This document shows positions 50,601 to 60,277 of a stretch of DNA of 64,000 bases, in pieces (the first letter of the stretch is position 1; each line of letters opens with the position of its first letter). The stretch spans positions 2,469 to 66,468 of the forward strand of contig CANQVJ010000004.1 of assembly GCA_947627295.1 (NCBI GenBank). The letters run 5' to 3'. The stretch is from an uncultured Clostridia bacterium (GTDB lineage: Bacteria > Bacillota > Clostridia > TANB77 > CAG-508). Made by a program: the position numbers and the translations under genes. The notes under the pieces are model-generated. The model was not told the DNA's origin. It ran no database searches and saw only the letters and a list, made by a program, of their open reading frames with translations.

Positions 50601-53600
50601 GTCTTTTGTTCCTGTTGCATCTTCTGGAAGTGCAATTACTGGACGTACTGCATATGTATTTGTGTTATATGCTGCGTTTCCTAATGCTTTTTCTCCGTTC
50701 TTTACAACTAATAGGTTGTCCTCAGCTGCTGCTGAAGGTGAAGATAGCCAGTAGCCGGTCGCTTCGCTTTCACCTGTTGGGAAGTATAGAGCATTTCCTG
50801 CGCTTAAGCTTTCAGGTGTAACTGTGTATCCATTTGCTGCAACTGATGTTGTGATTTTTGTTTTCTCTTTTTGGTTCCAAGAGGCTACAAACATATCTAT
50901 TGTAGGTGAGCCTACTGACTGAATTCCGTCTAAGTCAGTTGAACCTTTAACAGCAAATTTGTTCCATGTTTCTGTATTTAATAATTTTGCTACTGCTTTT
51001 GCTGAATTTATAGTTGATGCTGGGTTTTGTGCTCTCCAACCTAACATGAATTTTGTTGCTACATTTTCTAATATCTCACTTGAGCCTGTTCCACTTAGTG
51101 AATTCCAATATACTGCATGTGTGCCGTTTGCTGTCATGCCTGCACCTGCTGGAACTTCGCTACTTGCTAGATATTCTTTTGAAATTAAGTAAACATTTTG
51201 GTTGTTTGAGTAGAATAATACCCAATCGTTTGTGGTGTTGTTATCTCCATTTAGGTCTTGTCCAATATCTACTTCATCTCCGTAGTTATCAGGTGTAACT
51301 TCTCCTGTCATTGCTCCTAGATTACCGTCTACTAGTAATTTTCTAGTTGATATTCCACCTGCTTTATTCATTACATGGAAGAACCATGGTCCTGTTTGAG
51401 TTGCTTTTTGTTCTTTTGTAATAGAAGCTTGTGGACCTTCTTCGACTTCGTTCCAATCTAAATCTGTACTCATTGCGTTTTCTTCTTGGTCAAATTTCCA
51501 TTTTACAATTTTACTTTCGTTATCTACTGCTTCTGCTGTCATGTTTTGAGTTAGTTGTGAAAATCTTACTATTTCAGGAGCTGTTTTATCGATATAATCG
51601 ATTGTTTTTTCTGCTATTTCACTTGTTTGCTCTTTTTTTCCTGTAACTATGCTTCTTGCTTTAACAGTTGTTCCATTTTCACTAACTTTTACTGTTTTAT
51701 CTGTTGGATATTCTAACCAGTTCTCTCCGTCTACCATGTATTGATTTGTTAGACCTTTACTCTTTGAGTATGTAATTGTAATTTCTACATCACTGTTTGT
51801 CCAGTTTCCTTCAGGACTTCCTTCTGGTTTTGCTGTAATTAATGGTTTACTTATTTTAAGTGTTTGAACTCTTTTTGCTTCTGATTCTACAGCTTCATTT
51901 CCTGCTTTATCTGCTACTCTTGTTTTGAATTCATATTCTGAGTTTAATTCAAGTCCTTCAAATGTGTGTGTTCCAGTTGAATCAGGTGTCCACTCTTGCC
52001 ACTCACCTTCTGGATATTTTCTGTATGTGAAGTTCCAAGTTGCTTCATCTATTCCACTGTGAGCATCTTCTTGCTGTGCAGTTACTTTAACTGATGTAAC
52101 ATCTGCTGTTGCAAGTGGCTCAGTTGTGTTTGGCTTTTGATTATCTACTTTAAATACTTGTGAACCAACTATTGTAGGATTTCCTTTTGTATCTTCTGCG
52201 TAAATCCATAAGTATTTTTCTCCTGTAACTCCTTGGCCTTCTGTATCTTCTGAAATTGTAACTTTACCTTTGTTTTGGAAAGTTTTTTGGAAATCTCCTT
52301 TATCTGGAACACTTTCGCCGTCATCGTTCCATAGGTATTTTAAGCTACTTTCATTTACTCCAAAGTTATTTGGCTGCTCATCCTCTCCTACAACTGGGTT
52401 ACTTGTTTCACGACCTTCAACTGTAACTGTTGCTTCTTGAGTTTTTTGCCAATTTGGGTTGGTTTCAGGTTCGATTGTAATTTTTGGACCTTCAATATCT
52501 GTATCTGTTAAATTGAATTCTTGTTTTACAAAGTTTTTGGCTTGGTCACAGAAATATACATACCATGTGCCTTTGCTGGTCGCGTCGAATTCAAATGTTT
52601 GCTCTTCTGTTTTAGGGTCTACTGATTCATAAATTCTTCCGCCTGGTTGTAAATCTCCGTTTTGTGTTATAGCTTTTGCTGAGATTCCTGAGGTTTTATC
52701 TTTTGCTTTTATTGTGATATGAAGTTTATTTACATCTATTGATGTTATTTCAGGTAAATCTTTATCTATGTTTTTAATTTGTTTCTCTGTAGTGTTATTT
52801 GTTCCATATTTTAAATCATTTGTAACGTTTCTAGCAGTAATTGTGCAGTTGTGGTCTACTGTAAATGGTGAATTTGTGTAGTCTTGCCAACTTTGCTCTA
52901 CTTCAGGTGTTTCAGTGTATTGAATTTTGCTCTCTTCATTTTCTACACCTGCTGCAATTGTTACTCTAACTGTGTCTTTAGTCCACTCACTTTCTGGTGA
53001 AATTTCTATAATTGGTTTTTCAAGTGCTGTTGTTTGGCAATCTGCTTTTTGTGAAATTACTTCTTCATTTCCTGCGTTATCTACTGCTTTTGAGTAAATT
53101 TCATAATTTGTTCCTGGTTTCAAGTCTGTGAATTTGTGAGTTGTTTCAGCAGCTTTTGTCCATGTGATTTCTCCACCAATATCTGCATCTTTTATTCCCC
53201 AACTGATTTCACTATTGTTTATTCCTGAATTTTCGTCTTTTTGTTCAAAGATTGCGGTAATTGTAACTAGTGTTTGTGAGCATTCAGGCTTGTCGTCTGT
53301 AGGTGGTTGGTTATCTACGAAAAACGCGCTTGAAGCTGTTGATATTTTTATATGACCCCTTGCATCTTCTGCATATACCCATAGGTACCAGTCATTTCCG
53401 GTTTTACCTTCTAAGCTGACTGTTGCTTCCTTTTTATTTGGGCTTTGTGCATTTGGAGCTAAGCTTAGAGTTTCAGTAAAGTTATGTTCTTTTTCTTTAT
53501 CTGTTTCTTCTGCTCCTGGTTTACTACTACTTTGTGTCCATACATATTTTGCAGTTGTTATATCCAACCCTGCTGGGCTTTCTACTGTAACTTTTGTTTC

Positions 53601-56600
53601 TTGCTTTTTCTTGTATTCATCACTTCCGTCTGGGTCAAATGTAATAACTGGTGCATCTCCGTCCCAAATTGCGTAAAGTGTTGTTGTTTTACTAAATGAA
53701 GCTTCTCTTCCTACTACCATGTTTTCGTCTGGCTTATCTGCTACGCTACTTGTGCTCCAACCCATGAAAGTGAATCCTTCTTTTGTAGGGGTTTTTTGGT
53801 CTTCTTGGAATTGATGCTTATATTCAGTTGCTTCACCTTCTGAATTTTTATAAATTGTTTGTGTTATATCGTCTGGAACTTCACCTGTTCCGCCGTTTTT
53901 CTCAAAGTGAATTGTTATATCAAATTGATAACTCATATAATAATCATATTCTGCTTTGTCATGGCTTAGGTGAACTGATTGGTTTAGACCAACTGCTTGC
54001 TCGTTTTTAGCTTCTTGGCCTGGTATAGGCGCAGCACTTTGAGCTGAATTATCTTGTGACCAATGACGTGGTTTTGCAATATCTACTTCTGGAGTTTCTG
54101 CATTTTTTACATCATATGCGTTTCCTAAATTTATTTCTGCTAAGCTTGCACTTCCTGCATCTGTTGATACATATGAATATCCACATACATCTTCGTCTTT
54201 AACTGGAATTTCATTTCCTTCTTCGTCTGAATATGTTGTATCAAGAACATGTTTATGTACTGTTATTTTCTTTCTAAATACTGGGTAAATTGTTTGACCG
54301 TCTTGAAGCTTCAAGTTAGGGTCTAGTGGGTCTACCCAATTGTTTTTGTTGCTTGGATCTGCTGGGTTTGTTGTCCATAATTCATGTCCTGTAAATTTAT
54401 CTGGATTTTCTACTTCTTCTGGATGATTTGGATTTTCATTTGATGCATCGTCTATATTTTTCTCAAATCCTTGTGTTCCAGCTGGAGCTGTTGGTGTATC
54501 TTCTGCTGGGATATTTACTTCTTCACGGACGATTGTGCCGTCGCTTCCAACATATACTTTTTGATCAAGCTGTTTTTCACTTCCGTCTTGTGCTTTATAT
54601 TTTAGCTTGATTGTGAAGGTGTAGCTCATGTAATATGTTTGGTTGTTTAGTAAATGAACTTTTCCGCCGTTTGCCACTGCATTTTCGTTCCATTTTTCTA
54701 TATCATTTGGTTCAGCTGCTGTTGGAGATTTATCTACACTCCAATGACGTGGCTCAGCTTCTATATTATAGTCTCCCTCTTTTATTGTAGTCTTTTGGGC
54801 TGTTTCTAATTGAAGTTCAGCTGGTGTTTCTTTAACATTGTTTTTGTATGCAGTTCCTGTAACTTCTGTTAGCTCTTGGTTTTTGTAAATGAACATTTTT
54901 GCTTTTACTTCACGTTTCCATGTATAGTGGTAGTCGGCATTAGAATCCGGGTTGAAATCTGGAGATTCTGGATTTATGACTTCTCCCGTAGGATCTGTGC
55001 CTTCTACCCAACCATTTGGTTGCCATTTTTCATCTGGATTTTCAGGGTCTAATCCACCTGAATTTCCTCTTCCTGAGCCGTCACCATTTGGACCTAATCC
55101 ACTATCTTCTGGTGCTTGTGAAGGGTCCGGCGTAGCTGGGAATTCAAAGTTTTCATCACCTTCAACATTTCCTTCTGAATCTACATATACTGTGCTTTCT
55201 TTGCTTTCAGGTACTCCTGCTTGAGATGTAAATGTTACTTGAACTGTGTAAGTATAGCTCATGTAATAATCTGCATCTTGTGTTAGGTATGCAATTCCAC
55301 CGTTTTTTACTGATGTTGCGTTAGGCTTTTCTTTGCTTTCTTCTGCTTCTGGTGCAGGGCTTTGAGCCTTTTTTTCTGTTGACCAGTGGCGTGGATTTGC
55401 AAGTTGTTGTTTTTGTTTATATTGGAAAGATATTTGTTTTGCTGTGCCTAGCTCAAATGCTGCTGGCTCAACATATTCTTCATTTGTTGTATATACTTTT
55501 TTCTTTCCTAAATCGTTTTCTTTGCTACGACCAATTTCTTCGAATTCATGTGTTTTTGCTTGTACTTCTTTATATAAAACTGGTTGCAAAGGTTTGGTTG
55601 GATCTATTGGTTTACTTGGGTCTGGGTTAAGTGGGTCTACCCAATATTCTGGGTTTGAAGGGTCTTCTGGCTCAGTTGTCCAAATGTTGTGTCCTTCTGT
55701 GATATTATCAGGCGCTTTTCCTGTGCCTGCTTCTTGTTTGTATCCTTCTTCCTTTTTCTCAGGTGAAACATTTTTTGTGTGGTCTGGATCTTGTTCCCCA
55801 CCTGGAGTTTCTCCTGTTTCTGGGTCAATTACAGGGTCTGGGCTTTCTGTTCCATTTGATCCTACATATACATCTTGCTGCAATTCTTTATCTTCACCTG
55901 TTGCTGGATCTGTTGTTTTATATTTTTTAGTGTATTTATAGTTCATGTAGTAGTTTTGGCCGTCTTCGTCTGTATCAATTACTGTGTTTGGTGCAATTAG
56001 GGTCTGTCCGTCGATTTCTCCTTTGTGTGGTGCTGGGTCTCCTTTATACCAAGCGTATGGCTCTGCTTGATAGTGGCCACCCTCTGCATCTGCTACATTT
56101 GTTTCATAGCTGCTTACTGTTCCTAAATCTATGTGGGCAAGCTCTTTTTTCTTTTCATTTTGATATGCTGTTCCTGTAACATCTGCTACAGCGCTTGGGC
56201 CTTTTTCAAACCTGTGTAGTGTAACTTTTTTACTGTATGTTGGGTGGTAAACTTGGTTTGGATTTGGAACCTCTGTTGCAGGGTCTACTATTTGATCTTG
56301 CTTAGAAGGATCTTCATCTTTTGACCAACCTTTAAATTCCCAACCTGTTCCCCAACCTTTTGGAGCTTCTGGGTCGCTTGGAAATTGCAATGGCTCGTCT
56401 CCTTCTTTTGTGCCGTCGCTTCCAACATAGATTTCTTTATCTTTTTCAGTTTCTGCTCCTGTTGCTGGGTCTACGTATTTATATTTTGTTTGATATTTGT
56501 AGCTTGCGTGGTATGTCATACTTGTGTAAACTGTAGCTTCTTGGTTTAGCCCAACTGTAATTGTTGCTGAAGGGCGTGGGTCTGTTGACCAACCACGAGG

Positions 56601-58028
56601 CTCTGCTGTGTATGTTTGCTCATTTATGTTTATTGATATTGAACCTGTTGATTTTAGGTTTATTTTTGCTGGTACAGTTTTTACATCATTTCTATATACT
56701 GTTCCTGTTAATTCTTCTAGTTCTGTGTTTTCATATATAAATCTTTTTACAGTTACAGTTTTTTTGTATTTTGCGTGTAAATCTGCATCAGGTGGTAGAT
56801 TTGGGTCTGTTGGGTCTACTACTGGTGCTGAAGGGTCATCTCCATTTGTCCAGCCTTGGAACTCCCAATCTCCGTCGTTTTCAGGTGTTTCACCTTGACC
56901 AGGTGTTGGTTGTTGTTCAGGATCTGTCCAACTTGAAGGTGGTGCCATTGGATCTTGTGTTGGAGCATCTGGATCTGCTGAAGGTACTGCTGGACTTGGA
57001 AGTGTTCCTTGTGATGTGTTTCCGTCTGGTGTACCATATACTTCTTGTTCAACATGCTCTTTGCTTCCGTCTGGCTTAGTTAAATCACGACCAATTTTAC
57101 CTTTATAAATCATGTAATATGTTGTATCTTCTTTTAAGCCTGTTGCTGTGCCTTCTGGCTCTATACGCTTAATGCCGTCGATTTCTGCATCGTTTGGATC
57201 TATATTTTTATCTAATGACCATGCATATGGATCCATTACAACTTCTTTACCATTTACTTTTAATGTAATTTGTTTTACTTCTGTTGAAGCAAGTTTTACA
57301 TCTGCAGTTTCCTTTTCAGGACTAACGGTTGCAGTTAAAACATCTAGTTTTTTGTTATTATAAATTACTCTATTAATCATTATATTTTTCGTTTGTGATT
57401 CTTTGTGGTCATTTTCTACGTCAGCAGCACTAACTTCTCCACCTACGCTCCACATCCTGCCGTCTTTAATGTAGTAGGTTTTGTTTGTTGCAAAATCGAT
57501 TGCAAATACATCGTCTAGCTCTTCCATTTTTTTGCTTGTTTTGCCGGCGCTTACATCTTTTGAGCCTTTACCATATTCTGTGTCGATTTCTAGCCTTTTG
57601 AAATCACTGATTATACCTAGGTTGTAGCCGTCTGAAGTTTCAACTTCTGTTACAACACCTGCTAGGTCTTCTTTGATTGTAGGCTCACTAAAATCATGCT
57701 CTTTGATGCGCTTTAAATCTTGGCTTTTGATATATAGGCCCCAATCTTCGTGAACTTTTGCAGTTTCACTTTGGATACTTGCATTGGTTGCCTCGTCTAT
57801 CATACCATGATCACCTGTTAGCATATTCATTGTAATGCCTGCCAAAATTAGCAAGATTACTATTGTAATACCTAATGCTAACAAAGTAATGCCTCGCTCT
57901 GAGCATGATTTCTTTTTAATGTTTTTCAATTGTAAATCTTTTGTAATTGCGCTTTTGTTTGCGCTTAAGCTCGCATAGCCGCCTTTTAAAGCGCGCACTA
58001 CGCGACTGTTTTTAGTTCTTTCGTTCAT
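47694..58028 (-). CDS. Giant surface protein/adhesin with type IV pilin-like leader, repeated beta-sandwich domains and three CLec-like domains; DGR2 target (3444 aa, or 3435 aa ending at 47720 under the CGG rule)
   Basis: ERG|ITLLALGITIVILLILAGI leader; Pro/acidic WEFxGW repeats; Fn3/Ig-like repeats; three (W/Y)WL..PSA...VRPV motifs. Confidence 0.9.
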   Translation of the reverse strand: MNERTKNSRVVRALKGGYASLSANKSAITKDLQLKNIKKKSCSERGITLLALGITIVILLILAGITMNMLTGDHGMIDEATNASIQSETAKVHEDWGLYIKSQDLKRIKEHDFSEPTIKEDLAGVVTEVETSDGYNLGIISDFKRLEIDTEYGKGSKDVSAGKTSKKMEELDDVFAIDFATNKTYYIKDGRMWSVGGEVSAADVENDHKESQTKNIMINRVIYNNKKLDVLTATVSPEKETADVKLASTEVKQITLKVNGKEVVMDPYAWSLDKNIDPNDAEIDGIKRIEPEGTATGLKEDTTYYMIYKGKIGRDLTKPDGSKEHVEQEVYGTPDGNTSQGTLPSPAVPSADPDAPTQDPMAPPSSWTDPEQQPTPGQGETPENDGDWEFQGWTNGDDPSAPVVDPTDPNLPPDADLHAKYKKTVTVKRFIYENTELEELTGTVYRNDVKTVPAKINLKSTGSISININEQTYTAEPRGWSTDPRPSATITVGLNQEATVYTSMTYHASYKYQTKYKYVDPATGAETEKDKEIYVGSDGTKEGDEPLQFPSDPEAPKGWGTGWEFKGWSKDEDPSKQDQIVDPATEVPNPNQVYHPTYSKKVTLHRFEKGPSAVADVTGTAYQNEKKKELAHIDLGTVSSYETNVADAEGGHYQAEPYAWYKGDPAPHKGEIDGQTLIAPNTVIDTDEDGQNYYMNYKYTKKYKTTDPATGEDKELQQDVYVGSNGTESPDPVIDPETGETPGGEQDPDHTKNVSPEKKEEGYKQEAGTGKAPDNITEGHNIWTTEPEDPSNPEYWVDPLNPDPSKPIDPTKPLQPVLYKEVQAKTHEFEEIGRSKENDLGKKKVYTTNEEYVEPAAFELGTAKQISFQYKQKQQLANPRHWSTEKKAQSPAPEAEESKEKPNATSVKNGGIAYLTQDADYYMSYTYTVQVTFTSQAGVPESKESTVYVDSEGNVEGDENFEFPATPDPSQAPEDSGLGPNGDGSGRGNSGGLDPENPDEKWQPNGWVEGTDPTGEVINPESPDFNPDSNADYHYTWKREVKAKMFIYKNQELTEVTGTAYKNNVKETPAELQLETAQKTTIKEGDYNIEAEPRHWSVDKSPTAAEPNDIEKWNENAVANGGKVHLLNNQTYYMSYTFTIKLKYKAQDGSEKQLDQKVYVGSDGTIVREEVNIPAEDTPTAPAGTQGFEKNIDDASNENPNHPEEVENPDKFTGHELWTTNPADPSNKNNWVDPLDPNLKLQDGQTIYPVFRKKITVHKHVLDTTYSDEEGNEIPVKDEDVCGYSYVSTDAGSASLAEINLGNAYDVKNAETPEVDIAKPRHWSQDNSAQSAAPIPGQEAKNEQAVGLNQSVHLSHDKAEYDYYMSYQFDITIHFEKNGGTGEVPDDITQTIYKNSEGEATEYKHQFQEDQKTPTKEGFTFMGWSTSSVADKPDENMVVGREASFSKTTTLYAIWDGDAPVITFDPDGSDEYKKKQETKVTVESPAGLDITTAKYVWTQSSSKPGAEETDKEKEHNFTETLSLAPNAQSPNKKEATVSLEGKTGNDWYLWVYAEDARGHIKISTASSAFFVDNQPPTDDKPECSQTLVTITAIFEQKDENSGINNSEISWGIKDADIGGEITWTKAAETTHKFTDLKPGTNYEIYSKAVDNAGNEEVISQKADCQTTALEKPIIEISPESEWTKDTVRVTIAAGVENEESKIQYTETPEVEQSWQDYTNSPFTVDHNCTITARNVTNDLKYGTNNTTEKQIKNIDKDLPEITSIDVNKLHITIKAKDKTSGISAKAITQNGDLQPGGRIYESVDPKTEEQTFEFDATSKGTWYVYFCDQAKNFVKQEFNLTDTDIEGPKITIEPETNPNWQKTQEATVTVEGRETSNPVVGEDEQPNNFGVNESSLKYLWNDDGESVPDKGDFQKTFQNKGKVTISEDTEGQGVTGEKYLWIYAEDTKGNPTIVGSQVFKVDNQKPNTTEPLATADVTSVKVTAQQEDAHSGIDEATWNFTYRKYPEGEWQEWTPDSTGTHTFEGLELNSEYEFKTRVADKAGNEAVESEAKRVQTLKISKPLITAKPEGSPEGNWTNSDVEITITYSKSKGLTNQYMVDGENWLEYPTDKTVKVSENGTTVKARSIVTGKKEQTSEIAEKTIDYIDKTAPEIVRFSQLTQNMTAEAVDNESKIVKWKFDQEENAMSTDLDWNEVEEGPQASITKEQKATQTGPWFFHVMNKAGGISTRKLLVDGNLGAMTGEVTPDNYGDEVDIGQDLNGDNNTTNDWVLFYSNNQNVYLISKEYLASSEVPAGAGMTANGTHAVYWNSLSGTGSSEILENVATKFMLGWRAQNPASTINSAKAVAKLLNTETWNKFAVKGSTDLDGIQSVGSPTIDMFVASWNQKEKTKITTSVAANGYTVTPESLSAGNALYFPTGESEATGYWLSSPSAAAEDNLLVVKNGEKALGNAAYNTNTYAVRPVIALPEDATGTKDDTGVWKPQKDPEKALEPTIVVNTDKWAKTKTVTVRWPADSGIEKKYSTDGSQWDPYTMPVEISKNNTKFQAKAIRNGDEASAQIASKTIDKIDESAPTVNEPISDNGKVQAKITITAQDNESGLAKYMFNTMETVQSDTDGWQNVDGATEEQGATDEKQFTYTSDKNTTVYFHAMDLVGRITDKKIDITSIDTAAPTIVSFTAANTVNAEGKIVLTGKAYDNESGLVGWQVSQNSSLADESQGWEAIEPTKVSDSSDPFETTYSVETLGTYYFYAKDAKGNIATSDPVEVGENNFKNIVPEITTSPAGWQKQKTVKIQYASVEGLKNEYKTTDDAAYTDAKDTNPVTFPITKNTTINAQSTHEASGTTKAAAAFIEDHIDTEKPTPVSITAAAPVEQAGKKTVTLTAKCTDNQSGIAKYQFVTTDSGAGSASPSSSWQTVSSPDDTIGKEQQFTTTIEENKKVWFFCQDQAGNEASASEDVTTLNKEDHPETDVNVGSVTVGSTKLSKGWKYFCTEGDTVTLIYANTLENGAIPTSSGINISGENVSASSNRDTLVNYLKGTAWNTLQTAVRTALTNRGIKDVSQVTVKGAPTPEQAALAWNEHYANKSGWTLSVKSLTQGQSVPGISSASAAGYVYNWNPPGTETYATAKSISNYQNYPLFFRDSSNNMNHWWLAGPSAGNSDYVCIVYFSGNFNYSGYYDSYGVRPVVSLPKSVFEELMALPDAPLDVPVDGNIDLGSVTSGSTKLSGGFDYFCTEGDDVKIIYDTYLENAAIPSTGTISKNQRAVWSTSNRDDLINFLKGTGNYTKVWDNLKTGIQNALSAKGVQKSDYDKVTVTGAPTLEQTALAWNEHWESSEGKKLKVQTNSTGYQYSLATTGSTSWTTAVQDTNYTSKPLFWPHTSSSGYENAYGWWLAGPSANSSGYVCSVYYSGNFSCHAYNYGIGVRPVVSIPKSLFRNVGNQLNIKI
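47753..47870 (-). repeat. DGR2 variable repeat A (C-terminal)
   Basis: 17 mismatches to TR over 118 bp, all at TR adenines. Confidence 0.96.
48473..48584 (-). repeat. DGR2 variable repeat B (internal)
   Basis: 15 mismatches to TR over 112 bp, all at TR adenines. Confidence 0.96.
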
Positions 58029-58437
58029 GCTTTTTTCCCTTTCCTTTCATAATAAATTGTTTGGCCAAATCTTATTAAATTGTAAGATTTTACCTGTTTT
58101 AAAAAATATATAAAAATATAAATTTAATGACAATTTATTCACTGAAAGCCGGTGTTCCACGGTTGCTTAGTTCATGCAATTTTTTTGTGTTTTACCGACA
58201 ATTTTCAGTAATTTCATATTATCATATTGATTTAGGGTTTGCAATACATCTAAACTATGGCAGAGCTCGCGAAAACGCCCATTTTACTTGCTTTTTCGAC
58301 ATTTTTTGAGGTTCTTTTCTTTTTGATTACATTTTTATTACAGAATTGTTACAATTTGGAATTTTGGAAAAAATTCTTAACTATTTATTGCCAAAAAAAA
58401 GAAGAGCGGATTGCTCTTCTAATGTTTCAATCTATAA

Positions 58438-58962
58438 TTATTGGATTGTATAATTGTACGCATTTATTATATCACTTGAAGTTCCTGTAACAAAAGGTAC
58501 TGTCTCCCCTTGCCTAACTTTTGGTATGTAAACAGAAGGAAGTCTATAATATTCTTGACCTTCACTATTTAGGAATACTATATTAACTTCTTTTCCTTCA
58601 AAATCTTTATTTGATGTGTTTTCAAATTCAGCTGTGAATTTTGAATTCTCATTTTCACTGTATATACGTACATTTTTTATTTTTAAACCTTGATAATTCT
58701 TTTCTTCTGCAACTTCTGATGAAGTATTTGTTTTTACTCCATTTTCTACTTTTGCATTTTCAGTATTATTATAATCTATAAAAGTATTGCCATGGTTTAC
58801 CTGCTCTGAAGTTGCTGTAGCAGGCACTTTGGCCGATGTTTTTGTAGATTTATTTTTATCTAAATTATTTTTTATTAAAACTATTGCCACTACAATTGCT
58901 ACTGCAATTAATACAATTATCCATAATGGCATGTTTGTTCTTTTCTTTTGTTTATTTGCCAC
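58438..58962 (-). CDS. Membrane-anchored protein with C-terminal beta-sandwich (FxLYD-like)
   Basis: Basic N-terminus, TM helix, FENTS...IVFLNSEG motif. Confidence 0.6.
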   Translation of the reverse strand: MANKQKKRTNMPLWIIVLIAVAIVVAIVLIKNNLDKNKSTKTSAKVPATATSEQVNHGNTFIDYNNTENAKVENGVKTNTSSEVAEEKNYQGLKIKNVRIYSENENSKFTAEFENTSNKDFEGKEVNIVFLNSEGQEYYRLPSVYIPKVRQGETVPFVTGTSSDIINAYNYTIQ

Positions 58963-59074
58963 GGTATTTTCCCCCTTAAAACATATTCTAAATTTATTTT
59001 AGCATATTTGGGTTTCATTTTCAATATAGATTTTATTACTTTTATGTTACATAAATATTACAATTTTGTTACAA

Positions 59075-60262
59075 TTAATTGTTTGCTAATTTTTCTGTTT
59101 CTTTTGCAATCATAAGCTCTTCATTTGTTGGTACAACCCAAACCTCAACTTCTGAATCTTCTGCTGATATTTTTGTTTCTTTTGACCTTACATTGTTTGC
59201 ATCAGGGTTTAATTCAACTCCCATAAATTCAAGTTGTTTACAAATATTTTTTCTAATATTTATTTGGTTTTCTCCAACACCACCTGTGAAGACTATAACA
59301 TCAACGCCGTTCATTGCAACAGCACATTTTGCAATATAACATGCTATTGAATAGTTGAATTTGTCGATTGCAAGTTTTGCTCTTTCATTTCCGGCAACAG
59401 ATTCTTCTTCTATTACTCTAAAATCAGGAGCTAAACCACTCATGCCTGAAATACCTGACTCTTTATTTAAGATGTCTTCCATTTCATTTGCTGAAATTCC
59501 TTCTTTTTTCATAATGTATGTTAATACTGAAGGGTCCATGTCTCCACTTCTTGTAACCATTGGAATTCCTGCAATTGGAGTAAGCCCCATACTTGTTTCA
59601 ACAGATTTTCCATTTTCAATTGCACAAAGGCTTGAACCTTGTCCTAAATGGCAAGTTATTATTTTTAAATCTTTTCTTCCTAGAATTTCTGAAATTCTTT
59701 CTGATACAAATTTATGTGATGTACCATGGAATCCATATTTTCTAACTCCATATTTTTCATAGTATTCATATGGAATTGGGTAAATATATTTTTCTTTTGA
59801 CATGGTTTGGTGAAATGCTGTATCAAATACTCCACACATTAAAACATTTGGCATTACCTTTTTGCAGGCTTCAATTCCCAATATACATGCAGGGTTGTGT
59901 AATGGTGCTAAATCTTCACACTCTTTTAAAACTTTAATAACTTCTTCGTTTATTACTACAGGCTCTGCAATTTTTTCTCCACCATGAACTAGCCTGTGCC
60001 CTATTGCATTGATTTCACTTAAATCTTCAATTACTTTGTATTCTGGATTTATTAATTGTTTTAAGGTAAATTCAATTGCTTCTGTGTGATTAAATGCAGG
60101 GTTTTCAATTTTTATTTTTTTACCATTAACATTATGAACTAAAAATGCTTCTTGTTCCCCTATTCTTTCATATTTACCAGAAGCTAGCACTTGCCCTTCT
60201 TCCATATTAATTACTTGATATTTTAATGACGAACTTCCACAATTTAAAACTAAAACTTTCAT
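59075..60262 (-). CDS. ackA: Acetate kinase (copy 2)
   Basis: VLNCGSSSLKY, GHRLVHGG, LAPLHNP, FDTAFH, YGFHGTSH, PTNEEL. Confidence 0.96.
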   Translation of the reverse strand: MKVLVLNCGSSSLKYQVINMEEGQVLASGKYERIGEQEAFLVHNVNGKKIKIENPAFNHTEAIEFTLKQLINPEYKVIEDLSEINAIGHRLVHGGEKIAEPVVINEEVIKVLKECEDLAPLHNPACILGIEACKKVMPNVLMCGVFDTAFHQTMSKEKYIYPIPYEYYEKYGVRKYGFHGTSHKFVSERISEILGRKDLKIITCHLGQGSSLCAIENGKSVETSMGLTPIAGIPMVTRSGDMDPSVLTYIMKKEGISANEMEDILNKESGISGMSGLAPDFRVIEEESVAGNERAKLAIDKFNYSIACYIAKCAVAMNGVDVIVFTGGVGENQINIRKNICKQLEFMGVELNPDANNVRSKETKISAEDSEVEVWVVPTNEELMIAKETEKLANN

Positions 60263-60277
60263 ATAAAACTCCTTTTT

